A stretch of 64,000 bases of DNA from an uncultured Gemmatimonadales bacterium (GTDB lineage: Bacteria; Gemmatimonadota; Gemmatimonadetes; Longimicrobiales; Longimicrobiaceae): the NCBI GenBank assembly GCA_963716255.1, contig OY970303.1:7232001-7296000 (forward strand), read 5' to 3'. A program made the position numbers and the translations under genes. Positions 8,827 to 20,600 of this stretch are shown here, in pieces. The notes under the pieces are model-generated. The model was not told the origin of the DNA. It searched no databases and was given only the letters and a program-made list of their open reading frames with translations. Positions within the stretch are counted from its first letter, which is position 1. The number at the start of each line of letters is the position of its first letter.

Positions 8827-10191
8827 CTACGCGCCTTCGGCGCGGGCCAGGGCGCGGTCCAGGACGTCCACCGCGAAGTCGGCGTCCTCCGCGGTGATGC
8901 ACAGGGGCGGCTTGATCCGGAGCACGTTGCCGTCGAGCCCGCCCTTGCCCAGGAGGACGCCCATCCGCCGCGCGTGCTCCAGCACCTGGAGCGTTTCTGC
9001 CGTGGCGGGCGTCCGGGCCTCCCGGTCGCGGACCAGCTCCACCCCCAGCATCAACCCCATCCCGCGGACGTCCCCCACCAGGGGGTGCCGCTCCTGAAGC
9101 CTGCGGAGCCCCGCCAGGAGGCGGCCGCCCACCACCCGGGCGTTCTCCTGCAGCCCGTCCTCGTCGATGGTTTCCAGCACCGCGAGCCCGGCCGCCATGG
9201 AGACCGGGTTCCCGCCGTAGGTGTTGAAGTGGATGCGCTGCGCGAGCGTCGCCGCGATCTCGCGGCGGGTGGTGACCGCGGCCAGCGGCGTCCCGTTGCC
9301 GATCCCCTTGGCCATGGTGACGATGTCGGGGACCACGCCGAAGTTCTGGAAGCCCCAGTAGTGCTCGCCGGTCCTGCCGAACCCCGTCTGGACCTCGTCC
9401 GCGATGCACAGCCCGCCGTGCTCCCGCGCGATCCGGTACGCCTCCCCGAAGTAGCCGGCCGCGCCGTGCGTGGCCCCGCCCACCCCCTGGATGGGCTCGG
9501 CGATGAACGCGGCGATCCTGCCCGGCGTGGAGTAGCGGATCGTTTCCCGCACCTCCTCCGCGCTCCTGCGGGCGACCTCCTCCGGCGTTCCCGCGTAGTG
9601 GCTGCGGTACGGGTCGGGGCACACCACGTGGTGGACGCCGGCGCCCTGCTGCGTGGGAAACTTCCAGGTGTGCAGCGAGGTCAGCCCCATGGCCGAGGGC
9701 GAGCCCCCGTGGTAGGCGTTGCGCACGGCGATCACGTCGTTGTTCCCCGTGTACAGCCGGGCCATGGCGACGGCGAGGTCGTTGGCCTCGCTCCCGCTGT
9801 TGACGAAGTAGGTGACGTCCAGCCCCGGGGGCAGCCTGGCGGCGAGCTCCCGGGCGAGCGCGCCCATGCCGGGGTGCAGGTAGATGGTGGTGGCGTGCTG
9901 CAGCGTCGCGGCCTGCTCCTGGATCCGCGCGACCACCCGGGGGTGGCAGTGGCCGCAGGATACGGTCACGATCCCGGCGAACAGGTCCAGGTAACGGCGG
10001 CCGGTCTCGTCGAAGAGGTACTGCATCTTCCCCTCGACGATCAGCAGCGGCTCCCGGTACAGGGTGAACAGGGCGGGATTGCAGAACTCCAGCCGCGCCG
10101 CGAGCACTTCCTCCCGCGACGGCCCCCGGTACGGGCGGGGGGTGTGGTCGAAGGGGGGCATCTCGACCGGGGCGGTCGTCGTCTCGGGCAT
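8827..10191 (-). CDS. Class-III PLP aminotransferase, AGXT2/beta-alanine-pyruvate-like (454 aa)
   Basis: [42 protein letters not shown] (PLP lysine) and HFNTYGGNP. Confidence 0.9.
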   Translation of the reverse strand: MPETTTAPVEMPPFDHTPRPYRGPSREEVLAARLEFCNPALFTLYREPLLIVEGKMQYLFDETGRRYLDLFAGIVTVSCGHCHPRVVARIQEQAATLQHATTIYLHPGMGALARELAARLPPGLDVTYFVNSGSEANDLAVAMARLYTGNNDVIAVRNAYHGGSPSAMGLTSLHTWKFPTQQGAGVHHVVCPDPYRSHYAGTPEEVARRSAEEVRETIRYSTPGRIAAFIAEPIQGVGGATHGAAGYFGEAYRIAREHGGLCIADEVQTGFGRTGEHYWGFQNFGVVPDIVTMAKGIGNGTPLAAVTTRREIAATLAQRIHFNTYGGNPVSMAAGLAVLETIDEDGLQENARVVGGRLLAGLRRLQERHPLVGDVRGMGLMLGVELVRDREARTPATAETLQVLEHARRMGVLLGKGGLDGNVLRIKPPLCITAEDADFAVDVLDRALARAEGA

Positions 10192-10220
10192 GGGACACCT
10201 GGGATGGGAGGATCGCCTCG

Positions 10221-10246
10221 CCCCGGGGATCGGCCGATCCCCGGGG
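10221..10246. repeat. Perfect 26-bp palindrome between the dehydrogenase and aminotransferase genes
   Basis: CCCCGGGGATCGG|CCGATCCCCGGGG. Confidence 0.75.
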
Positions 10247-10276
10247 GCGCCGGGCGCGGGAGCCGGCCGGCCCGGC

Positions 10277-11785
10277 CTACGACATCCAGCTGGTGCCGGC
10301 CTCCCGGTTCCACTTGGTGGTGGTCTTTTTCGAGCGGGTCCAGAACTCGATGGAGCTCCGCCCGGTGAGGTCGCCCACCCCGAACCGGGACTCGTTCCAC
10401 CCGCCGAACCCGAAGGGCTCGCGCGGCACGGGCACGCCCACGTTGACCCCCACCATCCCGGCGCCGACGCGCTCCGCGACGTAGCGGGCGACGCCGCCGC
10501 TCTCGGTGAACACCGAGGCGGCGTTGCCGTACGGGGAGCGGTTCTCGATCTCCAGCGCGCGGTCCACGTCCGGGGCGCGGACGATCGCCAGCACGGGGCC
10601 GAAGACCTCCTCCCGCGCGATCCGCATCTCCGGCGTCACGTGGTCGATCACGGTGGGCCCCACGTAGAACCCGCCCTCGCGGCCCGGGACCACGGTGCCG
10701 CGCCCGTCCAGGAGGACCCGCGCCCCCGCCGCCTCCGCCTCCGTGACGAAGCCCTCGATCCGCTCCCTGGCCTCGCGGGAGATCACCGGGCCCAGCGTCG
10801 CCCCGGGAACTGCGGCGCGGGCGTGCTCCACCATCCGCGCGATGATGGCGTCGGTGTGCGCCACCGCCACCAGCACCGACGCCGCCATGCAGCGCTGGCC
10901 CGTGCACCCGGCCATGGAGGCGGCGATGTTGCTGGAGGCCATCTCCGGGTCGGCGTCGGGCATCAGGATGATGTGGTTCTTGGCGCCTCCCAGCGCGAGC
11001 ACGCGCTTCAGGTGCGAGGTGCCGCGCCGGTAGACGGCCTGCGCGACGCGGGTTGAGCCCACGAAGCTCACCGCCTCGATCCCCGGGTGGTCGCAGATGG
11101 CCTCGACCACCTCCCGCGCGCCGTTGACCACGTTGAAGACGCCCGCCGGGAGCCCCGCCTGCGCGAGCAGTTCCGCGATTCGCCCCGCCGAGAGCGGCAC
11201 CAGCTCGGACGGCTTGAGGACCATGCAGTTCCCCAGCGCCAGGGCGTTGGGGAGGGTCCAGTGGGGCACCATGCTGGGGAAGTTGAAGGGCACGATGGAC
11301 GCGACCACCCCCAGCGGGTACCGGTCGACCCGGCACTCCACGCCCTGGCTCACCTCCATGATCTCGCCGGCCGTGATCTGCGGGAGGGAGCAGGCGAACT
11401 CCGTCAGCTCGATGGCCTTGAGCACCTCCGCCCTGGCCTCGGACTCCACCTTGCCGTGTTCCCGGACGATCAGCCCGCTCAGCTCGTCCAGGTTCTGCTC
11501 CAGCAGCGTCCGGTAGCGGTAGAACACCTGCACCCGCTCCTTGAGCGGCGTGGCCGCCCAGCCGGGGAAGGCTTCCCGCGCCGCGCGCACCGCGGAATCG
11601 ACCGCCGCCGCGGAGGACAGCGGGACCCTGGAAAGGACGCTGCCGGTGCCGGGGTCGTGCACGTCCACCAGCGGCCCGTCCCCCGCCACGAACCGCCCGC
11701 CTACGTAGTTGCGGACGTCGGGATACGGGGCGTCCCGGCCGGGGGGAGAGGACGGGCTTCGCGCGCCGGAGAGCGTGGCTTCCAT
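10277..11785 (-). CDS. mmsA: CoA-acylating (methyl)malonate-semialdehyde dehydrogenase (~502 aa)
   Basis: ALDH motifs [28 protein letters not shown] (catalytic Cys), EEVFGPVL and GVNVGVPVP. Probable start ATG 11785. Confidence 0.88.
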   Translation of the reverse strand: MEATLSGARSPSSPPGRDAPYPDVRNYVGGRFVAGDGPLVDVHDPGTGSVLSRVPLSSAAAVDSAVRAAREAFPGWAATPLKERVQVFYRYRTLLEQNLDELSGLIVREHGKVESEARAEVLKAIELTEFACSLPQITAGEIMEVSQGVECRVDRYPLGVVASIVPFNFPSMVPHWTLPNALALGNCMVLKPSELVPLSAGRIAELLAQAGLPAGVFNVVNGAREVVEAICDHPGIEAVSFVGSTRVAQAVYRRGTSHLKRVLALGGAKNHIILMPDADPEMASSNIAASMAGCTGQRCMAASVLVAVAHTDAIIARMVEHARAAVPGATLGPVISREARERIEGFVTEAEAAGARVLLDGRGTVVPGREGGFYVGPTVIDHVTPEMRIAREEVFGPVLAIVRAPDVDRALEIENRSPYGNAASVFTESGGVARYVAERVGAGMVGVNVGVPVPREPFGFGGWNESRFGVGDLTGRSSIEFWTRSKKTTTKWNREAGTSWMS

Positions 11786-11857
11786 GAGACGCCTGGTGCC
11801 GGGAGGGGGCCGCCGGACCGCGCGGCGGGGGCCGCGGACGTGCCTGGCGATGATGAC

Positions 11858-11872
11858 TGTATCCAGTATACA
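11858..11872. promoter_or_regulatory. Palindromic operator candidate upstream of mmsA
   Basis: TGTAT-CCAGT-ATACA in an AT-rich patch about 70 nt upstream of the start. Confidence 0.45.
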
Positions 11873-12008
11873 AGGCACCGGGATGCCTGGCGAGCGAGGG
11901 GTTCCGGGAGCGCGTTCCACGCCGGGGTCGCCGCCCGCCACGCACCGGTCGCTGCCGCGGGCAATCGCCGGGACCGCGGAGTGGGCGGCCGAATGACGAA
12001 ATGACCGT

Positions 12009-12038
12009 TATTGACCTCGCGCGCAGGTATTGACCTCG
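12009..12038. promoter_or_regulatory. 11-bp direct repeat (TATTGACCTCG x2, 19-nt period) in the divergent intergenic region
   Basis: Exact copies at 12009-12019 and 12028-12038. Confidence 0.55.
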
Positions 12039-12211
12039 TAGTGCAGAACCCCCGCCGGAGCCGGCTCCTGGCTCCCGCCTCGCGGGCTCCGGCCGGGTTT
12101 CGCTCCGGTCCGGGCCCGACGGCCCAAGACTTTGCGCTCTTTCGTGTTACCGGATCCTCTCGCCGGCCGTCGGAGGACGGCCGGGGCATGCGTTTCGAGC
12201 CCGGGTCGAGC

Positions 12212-12239
12212 TTGACTAAAACCCCCGTTGGCGTATACT
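12212..12239 (+). promoter_or_regulatory. Sigma70-type promoter for the NRPS operon
   Basis: TTGACT (12212-12217), 16-nt spacer, TATACT (12234-12239). Each hexamer matches consensus 5/6 in a very GC-rich background. Confidence 0.7.
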
Positions 12240-12640
12240 CAGGGTGAGATACGCGACATCTTTTTCGCGCGCATTTCAAGTCTCGAACTGACAGGATTCG
12301 AGGCCTGGCCGGAGGTGCGTGCGCTCGGTGAGGTCGGCTCGGCGGCTGCGCGGCCGGCTTCGACACGGCGGCCCGTGACCGCCGTTCCTTTCCACCCCTC
12401 CCGCGAAGCGTCTCACTTCCGGCGGCGCCCGCGGTTCCGCCCGGATCGCCGCGGGTCGAACCGGCGCCGAGATCCCGGTGCCCTCCGCACGGAGAGCACC
12501 CGGCGGATCCGTGCGTGCTTTCCCGACGATGTCGGCCGCGTGGCGGCGGCGTGCTCCTCCGTGGCGCGCGCCGGCGCCACCCACGAAGGAGCCGCGGTCC
12601 GCCCCTTCCGGCCGTCTTTCCCTAGCTGGTCTCCGCTTTG

Positions 12641-14680
12641 ATGCTGAATCCGCACGACGCTTCCTCGCTCGTCGAGCTCCTCCGCCTCCGCGCGGGCGCA
12701 GACCCGGACCGGATCGCCTACACCTTCTTGCTGAACGGCGAGGCGGAGGAGGGGCACGTCACCTACGGCCAGCTGGACCTGCGCGCCCGCGCGGTCGCGG
12801 CCCGCCTCCAGGCGCTCGGCGCGCGCGGGGAGCGGGCGCTCCTGCTCTACCCGCCGGGGCTGGAGTACATCGCCGCCCTCTTCGGCTGCTTCTACGCCGG
12901 GGTGACCGCGGTGCCCGCCTACCCGCCGCGCCCCAACAAGGCGGACCCGCGCCTGCGGAGCATCGTGGCCGACTGCCAGCCCACGCTGGCGCTCGCCACG
13001 CGCGAGCTGCTGGGCGAGGCGGAGCGGCTGTTCGCCCACACGCCGGAGCTGGGTGGGCTGCGCTGGCTGGCAACCGAGGACGTCCCCGCGGCGGAGGCCG
13101 ACTCGTGGGCCGAACCGGAGGTCGGCGGCGAGACGCTGGCCTTCCTCCAGTATACCTCGGGCTCCACGGCCGCGCCCAAGGGCGTGATGGTCAGTCACGG
13201 CAACCTCCTCCACAACTTCGCCGTCATCGAGGGCTTCTGCGGCTATACGCCTGAGACGCGCTCGGTCATCTGGCTGCCTCCATACCACGACATGGGGCTG
13301 ATCGGCGGCATCCTCCAGCCGCTGTTCACCGGCTACTGGGCGGCGCTCTTCTCGCCGGTGGCGTTCATCCAGCGACCGGCGCGCTGGCTGGAGGCCATCT
13401 CGCGCTACCGGGCCACCAGCAGCGGCGGGCCCAACTTCGCCTACGACCTGTGCGTCCACTCCATGCGCCCCGAGGAGCGTGCGGGGCTGGACCTGAGCCA
13501 CTGGGAGATCGCCTTCAACGGGGCCGAGCCGGTGCGTGCGGAGACGCTGCGCGCCTTCGGCGAAGCGTTCGCGCCGAGCGGGTTCCGCGAGCGGGCGTTC
13601 TTTGCGTGCTACGGGCTGGCCGAGGCGACGCTGATGGTCACCGGCAGCCAGCCGTCGGAGCCGCCGGTGGTGCGTGCCGTCGATGCCGGGGCGCTGGGGG
13701 AGGGGACGGTGCGCGAGGCGGAGCCGGAGGGACGCTACCGGCTGGTGGGGAGCGGGCGGAGCGCGCCGTCGCAGCGGGTGATCATCGTGGACCCGGCGAC
13801 GCTGCGGGAATCTCCGTCCGACCGGGTGGGCGAGGTGTGGGTGGCGGGCGCGAGCGTGGCGAGCGGCTACTGGGCGCGGCCGGAGGCGACGGCGGAGACC
13901 TTCGGCGCGTACGAGGCGGGGACCGGCGAGGGGCCGTTCCTGCGGACCGGCGACCTGGGCTTTCTCGACGGCGGCGAGCTGTTCATCACCGGGCGTCTCA
14001 AGGACCTGATCGTCATCCGCGGGCGCAACCACTACCCGCAGGACGTCGAGCAGACCGCGAACCGCAGCCACGCGGGTCTGCGCGCGGGGAGCGGCGCGGC
14101 GTTCAGCATCGAGGAGGGCGGGGAGGAGCGGCTGGTGGTGGTGCAGGAGGTGTCGCGCCAGGCGGCGGCCGGGCTGGACGTGGAGGAGGTGGGCGAGGCG
14201 ATCCGCCGGGCGGTGGCGGGCGAGCACGGGGTGCAGGTGCACGCCGTGGCCGTGGTTCGCCCCGGCGGCATCCCCAAGACCAGCAGCGGCAAGGTCCAGC
14301 GCCGGTCGTGCCGGGCGAAGTTCCTGGCGGGGGAGCTGCCGCTGGTGGGGGTGAGCTTCCGCGAGGACAGGAGGAGCGCCGCCCCGCGCCCGGCGGCCGC
14401 CGGGATCACCCGCGAATCCCTGGAGGCGGCGGAGGCGGGGGAGCGGCAGCTCCTCCTCGAAGCGTTGCTGGTGGAGCGGGCGGCGCAGGTGCTGGGGGTG
14501 GATCCCGCCCGGGTGGACCGGGAGCAGCCGCTGGTGGCGCTGGGGATGGACTCGCTGCGGGCGATGGAGCTGAAGGGGGCGCTGGAGGCGAGCCTTGGGG
14601 CGGTGGTGCCGATCGCCGCGCTGCTGGACGACACCCGGATCGACCGCCTGGCCGCCGACCTCCTGGAAGAGATCTTCGCC
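12641..14680 (+). other. FAAL-ACP lipo-initiation didomain
   Basis: Fatty acyl-AMP ligase signature followed by an ACP with LGMDSL (Ser codon ~14552). Confidence 0.9.
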
Positions 14681-17600
14681 GCGCCGGCCGGAGCGTCCGT
14701 GGCGGTGGCGGGGGGGGAGGCGCCGCTGTCCTTTGCGCAGGAGCGGCTGTGGTTCCTGGACCGGCTCCAGCCCGGGAGCGCGGCCTACAACCTGGCCGTG
14801 GCGCTCCGCGTGCGCGGGATCGTGGACGCCGCCGTGCTTCGGCGGAGCCTGGAGGCGACGACCCGCCGGCACGACGCGCTGCGCACCGTCTTCGCCGAGG
14901 CCGGCGGCCGGCCCGTGCAGCGGGTGGCGGCGGCCGGCGCGGTCCCGCTTCCCGCGGTCGACCTGTCCCTCCTGCGCCCGGAGGAGCGCGCCGCCGCGGC
15001 GCGGCGCGTGTCCGCGGAGGTGGCGCGGGCGCCCTTCGACCTGGAGGCGGGGCCGCTCTTCCGCGCCCGGCTGCTGCGGCTGGCCGGCGACGAGCACCTG
15101 CTGGTGCTGGCGACGCACCACATCGTCAGCGACGGCTGGTCGGCCGGGGTGCTGCTGCGCGAGGTGGGCACGCACTACACGGCGCTGCTCGCGGGGAAGT
15201 ACTCCCCCCTGCCGCCGCTCCCCACGCAGTACGCTGACTGGGCGCTCGGGCAGCGCGGGCGGCTGCGCGGCGAGGTCGCCGGGGAGCAGCTCGCCTACTG
15301 GCGCGAGCGCCTGCGCGGGGTGGCGCCGCTGGCGCTGCCCACCGACCACGCGCGCCCGCCCGTGCAGAGCTTCCGGGGGGCGACGCACCGCTTCGCGATC
15401 CCCGCGGAGGTGATGGACGGGGTGCGCGCGCTCGCCCTCCGGGAAAGGGCGACGCTCTTCATGGCGCTGCTGGCCGCGTGGGACCTCCTGCTGGCGCGCT
15501 ACAGCGGCGAGGGCGACGTGGCGGTGGGGACCACCGTCGCCAGCCGCGATCGGGCCGAGGTCGCCGGGCTGGTGGGGATGTTCGTCAACACGCTGGTGCT
15601 GCGGGTGGAGGTCGTGCCGGAGGAAAGCTTCCGCACGCTGCTGGGGCGGGCTCGCACGGCGGTGCTCCAGGCCTTTATGCGCCAGGATGTCCCGTTCGAG
15701 AGGCTGGTGGAGGAGGTGCATCCCGGGCGCGACCTGAGCCGGAACCCGCTCTTCCAGGTGATGCTGGCGCCGCAGAGCGAGTCGCTGGAGCCGGTGGAGG
15801 TCCCCGGAGCGACGCTGGTGCCCGAGCCGGTGGACGCGGGGACGGCGATCCTGGACCTGACGCTGTACACGTGGGAGCGGAGCGGGGGCGGGCTGTCGGC
15901 GGCGCTGGAGTACGCCGCCGACCTGTTCGAGGCGGGAACGATCGAGCGCATGGCCGCGCACCTGGTGGAGGTCCTGCGTGCGGTGGCCGCCGACCCGGAT
16001 CTCGCCGCGGCGGAGGTCCCGCTCCTCCTCCCGGCGGAGCGCGCGTGGCTGCTGGAGGAGTGGACCGCCACGGAGCGCGCCTACCCGGAGCGCTGCCTGC
16101 ACGAGCTGTTCGCGGAGCAGGCCGTCCGCACGCCGGAAGCCCCTGCTGTCCGCTTCGGCGGGCGCACGGTCACGTACGCCGAACTGGAGCGGAGCGCGAA
16201 CCGGCTGGCCTGGCACCTCCAGGCGCTCGGCGCCGGCCCCGAGGCGCGGGTGGGGCTGTGCATGGAGCGCACGCCGGAGATGGTGGCGGCGATGCTGGGC
16301 ATCCTCAAGGCGGGCGGCGCCTACGTGCCGCTGGATCCCGCCTACCCGGCCGACAGGCTGGCCTACATGCTGGCCGACGCGGGCGCCGACCTGGTGGTGT
16401 CGCAGGCGCAGCTTGCGGGGCGCCTCCCGGAGGGCGTCGCGCGGGTGCTGCCGGACGCGGAGGCGGAGCGCATCGCCGAGCAGCCGGACACGGCGCCCCC
16501 GGGCGAGGCGCGGCCGGAAAACCTGGCGTACGTGCTGTACACCTCGGGCTCCACGGGCCGCCCCAAGGGCGTGCAGGTGGAGCACCGCAGCGCCTCGCAG
16601 ATCGTGCACTTCCTGCGCGACGTCGTGCGCGCGGAGGACCGCGCCGCCGTGCTGGGATCGACCTCCGTCTCCTTCGACGTGTCCGTCGGCGAGATCTTCG
16701 GCACGATCTGCTGGGGCGGGACCCTGGTGCTGGTGGAGAGCGTCCTCGACCTGCCGCGCGTGGCGGACGAGGACGTGCGCCTGGTGGTGACCGTGCCCAG
16801 CGCGGCCGCCGAGCTGCTGCGCACGGGCGGCATCCCGGCGAGCGTGCGCGCCTTCAACCTGGCCGGCGAGGCGCTGCCCGCCTGGCTGGCGCGCGACCTG
16901 TACGCCCGCCCGGAGACGGAGCGGGTGCTGAACCTGTACGGTCCCACGGAGGACACCGTCTACTCCACCTGGAGCGTGGTGGAGCGCGGGGCGGAGCGGG
17001 TGCGCATCGGGCGCCCGGTGGCCAACTCGCGGGCCTACGTGCTGGACCCGGTGGGGAGCCCGGCGCCGGTCGGCATCGCCGGGGAGCTGTGCCTGGGCGG
17101 GGCGGGCACGGCGCGCGGCTACCACGGCCGCCCCGAGCTGACGGCGGAGCGGTTCGTCCCGGATTCCTTCGCCGCGGAGCCGGGCGCGCGGATGTACCGC
17201 ACCGGGGACCGGGCGCGCTGGCTGGCCGGGGGGGAGCTGGAGTACCTGGGCCGCATCGACCAGCAGGTCAAGGTGCGCGGCTTCCGGATCGAGCCGGGGG
17301 AGATCGAGGCGGTGCTGCGCGCGCACCCGGCCGTGGGCGAGGCGGTGGTGGCGGCGCGCGCGGAGGGGAGCGACGGCGTGCGCCTGGTGGCCTACCACCT
17401 CGCGGCGGAGGGGGCGGCGCGGCCGGAGGCGGCTGAGCTGCGCGCGTGGCTTCGCGAGCGGCTGCCGGAGTACATGGTGCCGTCGGCGTTCGTGGCGCTG
17501 GAGACGCTTCCGCTGACACCCAGCGGGAAGCTCGACCGCCGTGCTCTCCCCGAGCCTGCGGCCGAAGCGGCCGCCTCGCCGGAGTCCGCGGCGCCCTCCA

Positions 17601-20600
17601 CCCCCGCGGAGGAGATCCTGGCCGGGATCTGGAGCGCGGTGCTGGGGGTGGAGCCGGTGGGCTTGCACGACGACTTCTTCGCGCTGGGCGGGCACTCGCT
17701 GCTGGCCACCCGGGTGGCCTCGCGGGTGCGGCAGGCGTTCGGGATGGAGCTGCCGCTGCGCGCGCTGTTCGAGGCGCCCACCGTGGCGCGGCTGGCCGCA
17801 CGCATCGCGGCGCTGCGGAGCGAAGGCGCCGTGGCCGCGCCGCCGATCGGGCGGGCGTCGCGCGAGGCGGCGCTGCCGCTGTCGTTCGGGCAGCAGCGGC
17901 TGTGGGTGGTGGACCGGCTGGACCCGGGGAGCGCCGCGTACAACATGGCGGGCGCGCTGCGGCTGCGCGGCGCGCTGGACGCGGCTGCGCTGCGGGCCGG
18001 CCTGGGCGAGCTGGCGCGGAGGCACGAAACCCTGCGCACCACCTTCGCGGAGCGCGGCGGCGTCCCGGTGCAGGTGATTCACCCGGCCGCCCCGGTGCCG
18101 CTGCCCGTGCTCGACCTGCGGGCACTGCCGGCCGGGACGCGGGAGGCGGAGGCGGAGCGGCTGGCCGGCGCGGAGGCGCTTCGGCCCTTCGACCTGGCGC
18201 GCGGTCCGCTGCTGCGGTGCGCGCTTCTACGCCTGGCCGGCGACGACCACGTCCTCTGCCTCACCCTGCACCACGCGGTCGGCGACGGCTGGAGCGTGGA
18301 CGTGCTGGCGGGCGACCTGTCCGCGCTGTACGCCGCCTTCAGCCGGGGCGCGGAGCCGAGCCTCCCCGGGCTTCCCATCCAGTACGCCGACTTCGCCGTC
18401 TGGCAGCGCGAGTGGCTGCGCGGCGGCGTGCTGGAGGCGCAGACCGGCTACTGGCGAGCGCGCCTGGCGGGCGCGCCGCCGCTCCTGGAGCTGCCCACGG
18501 ACCGTCCACGCGCGGCCGGGCAGAGCCCGCGCGCGCGGAGCCACCGCTTCACGGTCCCCGCCGGGGTGTCGCTGGGGCTGCGCCAGCTCGCCCGGCAGGA
18601 GGGGGCGACGCTGTTCATGACGCTGCTGGCCGCCTGGCAGACGCTCCTGGGCCGCTACGCGGGGCAGGACGACGTGGTGGTGGGGAGCCCCGTGGCTGGA
18701 CGCACCCGGGTGGAGACGGAGGGGCTGATCGGCTTCTTCGTCAACGTCCTGGCTCTGCGAGCCGACCTGTCCGGCGACGCCACCTGGCGGGAGCTGCTGG
18801 GGCGGACCCGCGAGACGGCGCTGGGGGCGTACGCCCACCAGGACCTTCCCTTCGAGCGCCTGGTGGACGAGCTGGAGGTGGAGCGCAGCCTCGTCCACAC
18901 GCCGCTCTTCCAGGTGGTCTTCGCCCTGCAGAGGCCCGGCGGGCTCGCCGGGCGGCTGTCGCTGGACGGGGTGGAGCCGGAGCCGTTCGGGGGGGAGGCC
19001 GGCGTGGTGAGGTTCGACATGAGCCTGACCGTGGACGACGACGCGGAGGCGCTGGCCGGGACGCTGCTGTACCGGGCGGCGCTGTTCGACGCGGAAACGG
19101 CCGCGCGCATGACGGCGCACCTGGCGACTCTGCTGGAGGCCATGGCCGCCGACCCGGGCGCGCGCCTCCGGGAGGTGCCGCTGCTGCGCGGCGCGGAGCG
19201 GGAGCAGGTGCTGGAGGCGTGGAACGCCACGGCGGCGGACCGTCCCCGGGCGTGCCTGCACACGCTGTTCGCGGAGCAGGCGGCGCGCACCCCGGACGCT
19301 CCCGCGGTGGTCTTCGGCGAGGACGCGCTCACCTACGCCGGGCTGGAGCGCCGGGCCAACCAGCTCGCCCACGCGCTGCGCCGCAGGGGCGTGGAGCCCG
19401 AGGTGAGGGTGGGGCTGTGCCTGGAGCGCGGGGTCGACCAGGTGGTGGCGGTGCTTGCGGCCTGGAAGGCCGGCGGCGCCTACGTGCCGCTCGACCCCGC
19501 TGTGCCGGCGCGGCGGCAGGAGGCGCTGCTGGCGGCCTCGAGGGCCCCGGTGCTGGTGACGCAGGCGCACCTCGCCGGGCGCTTCGGCGCCTACGCGGGC
19601 GCCGTGCTGCGCCTGGACGCCGACCGGGGCGAGATCGAGCGCGAGAGCGCGGCCGCGCCCGAGAGCGGCGCCGTCCCGTCCAACCTGGCGTACGTCATCT
19701 ACACCTCCGGCTCCACCGGCACGCCCAGGGGCGTGCTGGTGCAGCACGCCTCGGTGGTGAACCTGGCGGCGGCGCTCGGCGAGGCCGTGTACTCCCGGCG
19801 CGGCGGCGGCGCGGCCCCCCGGGTGAGCGTCAACGGTCCCCTGACCTTCGACACCTCCGTGAAGCAGCTGGTGCAGCTGCTGGGTGGGGCGACGCTGTGC
19901 ATCGTCCCCGAGGAGGTGCGCCTGGACGCGCGGCAGCTGGGAGCCTACCTGAGGCGGCACGCGGTGGAGGTGCTCGACTGCACGCCCGCGCAGCTGCGGC
20001 AGCTCCTCGCCGACGGGCTGCTGGACGAGGCGGGACCCGCGCTCACGGACCTGCTGGTGGCGGGCGAGGCGATGGACGCGGGGCTGTGGGAGGCGCTGGG
20101 CGCGATGCCCGGCCGGCGGGCGTGGAACCTGTACGGGCCCACCGAGTGCACGGTGGACGCCTCGCTGCGCCGGGTGGCCGGGGCCCGGCCGACGATCGGG
20201 CGCGCGGTGGCCAACGCGCGCCTGTACGTGCTGGACGCGGACGGGGAGCCGGTCCCGGCGGGCGTGGTGGGCGAGCTGTACGTGGGCGGAGCCGGCGTGG
20301 CGCGGGGATACCAGGGGCACCCCGACCTGACCGCCGAGCGCTTCTTGCCGGACGCGTTCGGCGCCCGGCCGGGGGGGCGCCTGTACCGCACGGGCGACCG
20401 GGTGCGGTGGACCGGGGCCGGCGAGCTGGAGTACGTGGGGCGGACCGACCACCAGGTGAAGGTGCGCGGGTTCCGCGTCGAGCCGGGCGAGATCGAGGCG
20501 GTGCTGGCCGGGCTGCCGGGGGTGCGCGAGGCGGTGGTCGTCGTGCGGGAGGATCCCGCCTTCGGCATGCCCGGGCAGAAGCGGCTGGTGGCCTACGTGG

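Noticed and set aside
12044..12190. Possible shared REP-like element between 2230-2290 and 12044-12120
   Set aside because: The similarity is short and gapped, and cannot be distinguished by eye from chance in very GC-rich DNA.
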